Of a stretch of DNA of 32,000 bases, positions 26,305 through 32,000 are shown in pieces; positions within the stretch are counted from its first letter, which is position 1; each line of letters opens with the position of its first letter. Below the pieces are notes generated by a model. The model saw nothing but the letters and a program-made list of their open reading frames with translations, was not told the origin of the DNA and ran no database searches. The position numbers were made by a program, and so were the translations under genes. Source of the stretch: Nostoc sp. PCC 7120 = FACHB-418 (GTDB lineage Bacteria; Cyanobacteriota; Cyanobacteriia; Cyanobacteriales; Nostocaceae); contig NC_003276.1 in assembly GCF_000009705.1 (NCBI RefSeq), positions 376,102 to 408,101 of the forward strand, in the 5' to 3' direction.

Positions 26305-26940
26305 TTAAGATTCCGTAATAATACTACCTAAATGCTTGAGAATTCTTAAAACTCCAGATAAATTGTTGAGATATTGCGATCGCGTAGCAAATAGATCAGA
26401 AGTCCCATACTGTTTACCCAAGGTTTTGACAAAAAAAAAGCTGCTGCCGTTGGTGATCATGCCATACAGGGGTTGTTCTGGGTTGGGGTGAACAGCCATA
26501 TAAGCTAATGTTTGGGGAATTGCTAATTCTAAATCAAAGATCGTCTTTTTTGACTCAATGAGGACAATCCACAATCTACCTTGCAAAACTAAAACATCAA
26601 TTCTTCCTCGTAAAATCTCCTGATTATCTCCCTGTGCTTCAATCTCAACGGATACCTCGGTTTGAAATCTGTAAGGTGCTTGATAAAAACCCGCAAGTTC
26701 CAGTAATGGAGACAGCACAACCATTTTGACAGTTTCTTCTAAAAGATTGCCGTATGATATTTGATAGAGATAATTTTGTCGAACTTGCTCTAATCTTGTT
26801 TGCTCTGTTTCACTTAATACAGGCAAATCAGCCATCCATTCAGTGAAAAATTGATGATCATTACTTAGTGTTAATCCTAGTTTCTCCTCAACTTGTCGAA
26901 GGGTAGTAATTTTTTCTGCAATAGCTATGCTTGTGGTCAT
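26305..26940 (-). CDS. PD-(D/E)XK nuclease-fold protein, type I restriction HsdR N-terminal-like
   Basis: VVLSPLLELAGF...GRIDVLVLQGRLWIVLIESKKT...IPQTLAYM fits the HsdR_N pattern (PLLe.lGy...D..v...viE.Kk...Q...Y). Confidence 0.65.
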   Translation of the reverse strand: MTTSIAIAEKITTLRQVEEKLGLTLSNDHQFFTEWMADLPVLSETEQTRLEQVRQNYLYQISYGNLLEETVKMVVLSPLLELAGFYQAPYRFQTEVSVEIEAQGDNQEILRGRIDVLVLQGRLWIVLIESKKTIFDLELAIPQTLAYMAVHPNPEQPLYGMITNGSSFFFVKTLGKQYGTSDLFATRSQYLNNLSGVLRILKHLGSIITES

Positions 26941-27084
26941 GTTGAAACTTTCATTACTCGCTTAATTTCAGCATAGTGTACATGAACAAAGATGGTACTT
27001 CAATGTGGAGTGATCGCTCTCGAAATGGAGCGTGGAGGTCACACTCTATTTCGCTAAATCAGCTTTTGAATATCCCCACCAAGC

Positions 27085-27690
27085 ATGACAGTAGTAAGCG
27101 TAGGCGACGGTGATACGTTACGAGTCCGCAATCAACAAGGGCAGCCAATTACCATTCGTCTAGGTTGCATTGACGCGCCAGAAATGAAATAAAATCCTTG
27201 GGGTCAGAAGTCTAGAACTCGCCTTGGGCAATTATTGCCAGTTGGTCAGTTAGTACAAGTTCGCTTAATCGAGCGTGATCAATACACAAGGCTGGTAGCC
27301 GAAGTGTTTATCAATAATCGCTCAATTAACCTCGTTATGGTGCAAGAGGGGCAGGCTGTGGTTTACAGGCAGTATCTTAAAGGATGCACCAACACTAAAG
27401 ACCAATTTCTACAGGCTGAGGCTAATGCTAAACAACAGAAGTTGGGCTTTTGGAATCAATCGCAGCCGGTGATGCCTTGGGATTTTAGGCGAGGGAAGAA
27501 AAATACTGCGCCTACTACGGTGCGATCATCTCAAGTGCAACAGTGCGATAGCTCTTACCCAGACTTTTGCATTCCGCCCAATTCGCCAGATTTAGATTGC
27601 CGTGATGTTCCTTACCGCAGATTTAGAGTGAATCAGCCAGATCCGCATGGGTTTGATAGGGATAGGGATGGGGTTGGTTGTGAGGGATGA
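27085..27690 (+). pseudogene. thermonuclease (SNase-like) with Excalibur domain, interrupted by an in-frame TAA
   Basis: ATG 27085 reads MTVVSVGDGDTLRVRN...IRLGCIDAPEMK-TAA(27190-27192)-NPWGQKSR..., in frame with the called ORF at 27235. The C-terminus is DRDRDGVGCEG. Confidence 0.8.
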
Positions 27691-29094
27691 CTATCGGTTT
27701 TCGTCAGTATTCTTTAAACCGAATGTTGCTTGCCACTTTTGCGGATGACGTGGTACTAAAATTCTTACATCGGGGTCTGGTAATCCAATATTCGCCTCTT
27801 TCAACGCAGCAACTATCGCCTGTCTTACAGCTGATGTCGTAGCTACAAAATCAGAACGCCGCGAATCTGTCCAAAAGCGGGTTTCAACTACAACGTCATC
27901 TTGTCCTAAATCTCGTATCCGCACAGAAACCCTCGGCTCATCAAGTACTGCTTGTGTTGCCTGGGCTGCCTTTTTTAATACAGTAACTACTTGTTGCAGG
28001 TCGCTATCGTAACCAATGAATAGTTCGACACTACTACGGCGGATAGGTGCAGCTGTGTTATTAATGATCCGAGAAGTAAACACTTCGGCATTGGGAATTA
28101 GTACCACGCGACCATCGTATGTACGAAGTTGGGTAGCGCGCAATTCTATACGCTCAACGTTTCCTTCGGTTTCGCCAACAACAATTTGATCACCCAATTC
28201 AAAAGGACGTAAGACAAGAATTAGCATACCGCTAATAAAGTTGGAAATGATATCCTTGAGGGCAAATCCCAAGGCAAGGCTAGTTAATCCTAATCCAGTA
28301 GCTACAGCCTGAGGATCAAAGCCAAAAGCATCGAGGGCAACTATCAAGCCGAGTGTCCAAACGGCGTAATATGCAACCTGCTTAATCAGGTTTTCAACGG
28401 TCAAATCTTCAACGATGTGGCGGAAGATAATTCGCATCAGCCAGCGTATGAATGTGGCTATTGCCCAGAAAAGACCAATTACTAACATAGCAGCGATCGC
28501 ACGCGGAATAATTGTGATGGCAGATTCTATCAGTCGTCCGAAAGCAGTTTCTACCGATGCTTGTATCTCTGCTACAAATCGCCCCCAAGGTGAGAGGCGG
28601 CGTTGACTTGCCCTTTTGAGAGCAACATTAATTGCCTGTGACCATTGGATAGCTAACGTATCAACAGTTGTTAAATTGTCTTGAGCATCTGTTGTAGTTA
28701 GAGTAACAATTGGCACTCCAACATTAGTAATAACGCGTTCTTGCTTATCTTGAGAAGTTTCAATTTGAGGTGAAGAAATGGCTGTTGGATTTTCTAATAA
28801 CCGATTCATGCGTCGTTCGATTTGTCTTGCTCGATCTGATGCACTGGTATTATCTATTGCACTTACTCGGAACAATGCTCGACCGTCTAGACGTACTGTT
28901 ACTCGTTCGTCTTGCGCTCTCACCGAATTGGGCATAATTATCGGTGTGACAATTAAAATGCTAAGTAATAATACCCAAATGATCCTATTCCATGCTAATC
29001 TACTAAATCGAATTGTAGTTACTTTTTTAAATATGCACTTCACAGTTGTACTACCCTTACCAGCACCCCGGTTGCCATAAACCAAAAATTCCAA
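27691..29094 (-). CDS. mechanosensitive ion channel (MscS family)
   Basis: TM helices followed by FELGDQIVVGETEGNVERIELRATQLRTYDGRVVLIPN, the MscS beta-domain signature. Confidence 0.85.
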   Translation of the reverse strand: MEFLVYGNRGAGKGSTTVKCIFKKVTTIRFSRLAWNRIIWVLLLSILIVTPIIMPNSVRAQDERVTVRLDGRALFRVSAIDNTSASDRARQIERRMNRLLENPTAISSPQIETSQDKQERVITNVGVPIVTLTTTDAQDNLTTVDTLAIQWSQAINVALKRASQRRLSPWGRFVAEIQASVETAFGRLIESAITIIPRAIAAMLVIGLFWAIATFIRWLMRIIFRHIVEDLTVENLIKQVAYYAVWTLGLIVALDAFGFDPQAVATGLGLTSLALGFALKDIISNFISGMLILVLRPFELGDQIVVGETEGNVERIELRATQLRTYDGRVVLIPNAEVFTSRIINNTAAPIRRSSVELFIGYDSDLQQVVTVLKKAAQATQAVLDEPRVSVRIRDLGQDDVVVETRFWTDSRRSDFVATTSAVRQAIVAALKEANIGLPDPDVRILVPRHPQKWQATFGLKNTDENR

Positions 29095-29321
29095 TTTTGC
29101 TGACTAAATGTTCATAAATTATTGTTATTGCTTAAAAAATAAGCCTAAGAATTATATTTGTCTTCATACTTGAGAAACAAGTCATTACGGTTAAAAAACC
29201 AGCCTTTTAACTCTTGGCAAGATGACTTTAATATTGATTACTTAGTAAAGTGCCAAGATTCTAAAACTAGAATGCAGCGTCAGCAGTTCAAAAAGGAAGG
29301 CGTGATTGTGAAACTAGGACA

Positions 29322-30020
29322 ATGAACAAATCACATTTATTGTATCTGCTCAAGAACATTTATCAAGATTTATTACCTGGGTTACAAATAGAAAGCGTCA
29401 ATCCCCGCGATCCCATTAAAGTCAAATATCTTCCACAACCCTGGGGATTGCTGGGCAAAGGAAATTATGCCGCAGTTGTTGATCACCCTGACTATCCTAA
29501 TTGTGTAGTGAAGATTTATGCTCCAGGACGACCAGGATTTGAAGAGGAAGTAGAAGTCTACCGTCGTCTAGGTTCTCATCCAGCATTTTCAGAGTGTTTG
29601 TATGCCGCAGATGGTTTTCTAGTATTGAAACGGCTTGATGGAACAACGCTTTACGATTGTATGCACTTGGGTTTACCAATTCCTCAGCAGGTAATACAGG
29701 ACATTGATGAAGCTTTGGACTATGCTAGAAGTCGCGGACTCCACCCTCATGATGTCCACGGTCGTAATGTCATGATGCACCAGGGTAGAGGATTGGTTGT
29801 AGACATTTCAGATTTTCTACATCAAGAAACCTGTTCAAAGTGGGATGACTTAAAAAAGGCTTATTACTGGTTATATCGTCCCGTGTTGCGCCCACTTCGA
29901 TTGCGTGTGCCAAATTCTGCTTTAAATACGCTCCGCAAAAGTTATCGTCTGGCAACTTCACTCAAAACTTTCTGTTGTCAATTAGTTTTAAAATTGTCTT
30001 ATTTTAAATATTTAAAATAG
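29322..30020 (+). CDS. small protein-kinase-like fold protein
   Basis: Gly-loop LLGKGNYAAV, Lys in VVKIY, catalytic HPHDVHGRNVMM and DISDF (DFG-like), all in only 232 aa. Confidence 0.6.
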   Translation: MNKSHLLYLLKNIYQDLLPGLQIESVNPRDPIKVKYLPQPWGLLGKGNYAAVVDHPDYPNCVVKIYAPGRPGFEEEVEVYRRLGSHPAFSECLYAADGFLVLKRLDGTTLYDCMHLGLPIPQQVIQDIDEALDYARSRGLHPHDVHGRNVMMHQGRGLVVDISDFLHQETCSKWDDLKKAYYWLYRPVLRPLRLRVPNSALNTLRKSYRLATSLKTFCCQLVLKLSYFKYLK

Positions 30021-30136
30021 TAGTTATTTTTTAAACTCTGTTTTAATAAATGATTATCTTCAGATAATGCCCGTGTGTTAACTATTAGACAATGAAACCT
30101 CTGTATTAGTTTTTGAATTTTTTAGAGAATAGGAAA

Positions 30137-30508
30137 ATGAAGAAGTTCACCAGTTTGATGATTGTCGGGGCAGTATTGTCCATGAGTGCGCCGGCATTGG
30201 CTGAGAGCCGTGCAGTTAATGTCAGTATTGGCAGTATTGGTGGTGCATTAGATAATGCTGCTTTGCGAACAGTTCGCCACGTTATCGGGTTTGCGGTTGG
30301 CACTGGCACTGTCGATAAATTCATAGTCTATAGTCCCAGGAATGGTTCCCCTATTCCCATCGAAGGAGGTTTGTCGGCTTGTGCTGAAGCTGGCTTCGGT
30401 ATAACTGATGTCAAATTTAAAGCTTTTGTTCAGCAGTTGCGCTCAATTACACCCCGCTCAGGAACTTTCTTAAATGTAGAACTTGCTGCAAGCTGTAGGC
30501 TCAACTAA
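30137..30508 (+). CDS. small secreted hypothetical protein
   Basis: The start is set at ATG 30137 after AGGAAA. The signal peptide is MKKFTSLMIVGAVLSMSAPALA. Confidence 0.55.
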   Translation: MKKFTSLMIVGAVLSMSAPALAESRAVNVSIGSIGGALDNAALRTVRHVIGFAVGTGTVDKFIVYSPRNGSPIPIEGGLSACAEAGFGITDVKFKAFVQQLRSITPRSGTFLNVELAASCRLN

Positions 30509-30665
30509 AAATTTGGGTGCAAGGGTAGCTGTTAGTGCATAGTGATTGTTGTTCATGACTTCAGTTGCACCGTCAGAACTTGGAATGGAGAACTGACGGT
30601 TGGGCTGAATCATCTGAAGTCCTTCGATTACCTGTCTGCTGAGTGTGAGCAGGTGCAGGTGATCT

Positions 30666-30697
30666 GCGATGGCGTTCCGCAAGAGCGTAGCTGATCG
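30666..30697. repeat. short dispersed repeat, copy 2 (inverted relative to 14123-14154)
   Basis: GCGATGGCGTTCCGCAAGAGCGTAGCTGATCG is the reverse complement of the 14123 copy apart from 2 mismatches. Confidence 0.7.
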
Positions 30698-30729
30698 CAG
30701 TAACCCCGAACGCTTACTCAACAAAACTA

Positions 30730-30892
30730 TTGAAGGCTTTTGTGTCCATATTGCAGCTAAAATTGCCTCTCACACTCTACGTCTATTACTTCGCCGCCGT
30801 TTTGGTATCAATGTTCTCACTTTCCAATCTCAACCTAACTAGGAGAGCCGTGACGTACCTACACCGACCTGTAATCAGGCGGTGTAGGCTTC
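30730..30892 (-). ncRNA. candidate omega/reRNA remnant downstream of the TnpB fragment
   Basis: Position only: this is the 3' flank of tnpB, where IS200/IS605 guide RNAs are encoded. It contains a strong hairpin at 30858-30888 (CCTACACCG/CGGTGTAGG plus CCTG/CAGG). Confidence 0.2.
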
Positions 30893-31294
30893 TCAAAGAC
30901 TCCTCATTGAGGACATAGTTTGAGCTTTAAGATCGTGCGCCCCACGATTCTTTATGTTGATAGCTGCGTTCAAATCCCTACCCAATCTGATATTACAATT
31001 AGGACAGTTGTGTGTTCTTTGAGATAGAGGCTTTTCGACTTTTTGACCGCAACTAGAGCATTCTTGGCTTGTGCCGTTTGGATTTATAGCAACTACTCTT
31101 AGCCCAGCATTTTCGGCTTTGACTGTTAGTATCGAAATAAATTGACCCCAAGCAGCGTCGTTTATACTTTTCGCCAATCTTGTTTTAGCTAGTCCTTTGA
31201 TATTCAGTTTTTCTACTGTGATAACATCATACTTTTTGAGTAAGTTATTGTGATTTGAACCATGTTTTGACCAAACGGACACGATACGCTTCAC
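30893..31294 (-). pseudogene. tnpB: TnpB (IS200/IS605 OrfB) C-terminal fragment
   Basis: VEKLNIKGL, AKSINDAAWGQF, the zinc ribbon CSSCG...CPNC and the RuvC-III motif GRDLNAAINI. The N-terminal two thirds are absent, and the frame ends where an ISL3-type IR begins. Confidence 0.8.
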
Positions 31295-31315
31295 ACCGCA
31301 CTAGGACAACATATA

Positions 31316-31745
31316 GGTTCTTGGCAACTTTTGGTGATCTTGGTTGGGGAAAGGCAGAAGGCAGGAGTCAGAAAGATATAATTGAGATACGTCAAACTTC
31401 ACTCCATCAAACATTTGAGGAATAAGCCTCAGCTTGGTTATGTTAGTGCTAAGTCATCTATTACCAGATTCAGCAAACTTGAAACTGGAAAATTGCATTC
31501 TTGACGAGATAAAAACTCAGATAAATGTGATTGTTTCCGCAATCACTAGAGTAGTTAATTGTCCGGTTTGTAACCAACCAACTCATAAAATTCATAGTCG
31601 CTATGAACGCTTATTAGCAGACTTACCCTGGGCTGACTACAGCATTACCTTACAGTTAAAGGTGCGGAAGTTTTTTTGCATTAATAAGTTGTGTAAACGG
31701 CGGATTTTTACAGAAAGACTGACCAATGTAAGAGACCATTTATAA
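31316..31745 (+). mobile_element. left end of a second, different ISL3-family element, itself truncated
   Basis: GGTTCTTGGCAACTTTTGGTG at 31316 resembles the ISL3 IR at 4505. It is followed by an ISL3 transposase N-terminus. Confidence 0.6.
31434..31745 (+). pseudogene. ISL3 family transposase, N-terminal about 100 aa only
   Basis: Zinc-finger CPVCN...HS.YER.LADLPW...RKFFCINKLCKRRIFTERL is the zf-ISL3 signature. The reading frame terminates right after it. Confidence 0.75.
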
Positions 31746-31754
31746 AGTAAATCT

Positions 31755-32000
31755 TTAGACAACAAGACGGCGTAACATAATACGAGTCATAACAGCGTAT
31801 ATGGCAGCTTCACTCATTTCTGACAGATGCTCATAATCCTTACTAAGACGACGGTACTGGTTCAACCAACCGAATGTTCTTTCTACTACCCAACGCTTGG
31901 GAAAAACCTTCCATTCTTGTTCAGTACGCCGTATTACCTCAACATGAGCTTGAATCATCAACCAGACACAAAGCGCAAATTTATCACCGTCATAACCGGA
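31755..32000 (-). CDS. IS5-family (DDE_Tnp_1-type) transposase, C-terminal part; the gene continues beyond the window
   Basis: GYDGDKF...[22 protein letters not shown] is the IS5/IS4-type C-terminal signature. The frame is open to the window edge. Confidence 0.75.
   Translation of the reverse strand, partial: SGYDGDKFALCVWLMIQAHVEVIRRTEQEWKVFPKRWVVERTFGWLNQYRRLSKDYEHLSEMSEAAIYAVMTRIMLRRLVV

Noticed and set aside
30470-30724. 84-aa minus-strand ORF between the small secreted protein gene and the TnpB remnant
   Set aside because: It overlaps the 3' end of the plus-strand gene and a dispersed repeat. It has no motif or start context.
1-32000. Search for CRISPR arrays, tRNA or rRNA genes, group II introns or retron-type reverse transcriptases
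   Set aside because: No regularly spaced direct repeats, no T-loop/acceptor-like tRNA signatures and no RT motifs were seen by eye. Absence cannot be proven without tRNAscan, Infernal or CRISPR finders.

Overview
The window looks like an accessory, probably plasmid-borne, region of a filamentous cyanobacterium of the Nostoc/Anabaena type. Three things support this. The HIP1 octamer GCGATCGC occurs about 18 times. The convergent pair at 12741-13981 matches, from memory, the NuiA inhibitor and NucA sugar-non-specific nuclease of Anabaena/Nostoc sp. PCC 7120. Short Nostoc-style dispersed repeats are also present. About 40 genes can be supported. The left part is mostly housekeeping-like: a methyltransferase, YciI, a Rieske/PaO-like oxygenase, Nudix, DUF155, DUF4112. 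The right part includes an MscS channel, a PEP-CTERM metallophosphoesterase and a mini-kinase. Mobile DNA is heavy: an ISL3 element with a tandem partial copy and an abutting MITE, a 1679-bp IS with a split transposase, and a nested TnpB/ISL3/IS5 graveyard at the right edge. Gene decay is unusually frequent: a truncated UvrD-like helicase, a degenerate parDE pair, a nonsense-interrupted thermonuclease, and homopolymer frameshifts in DUF5674-like, DUF488-like and transposase genes. The most interesting candidate system is a G+C-richer, translationally coupled five-gene operon on the minus strand (15561-18470). It encodes an ASCH domain protein, a core-only C5 cytosine methyltransferase, a 164-aa unknown, a DUF488 protein and an AlkB-like 2OG/Fe(II) dioxygenase. 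A decayed second copy of its 3' end lies at 14234-14377. A second candidate is a membrane-anchored HNH nuclease convergent with an HsdR_N-like PD-(D/E)XK protein (25279-26940), bracketed by thermonuclease gene copies. No rRNA, tRNA or CRISPR array was seen. All family assignments rest on motif reading by eye and memory. None was checked by a search.
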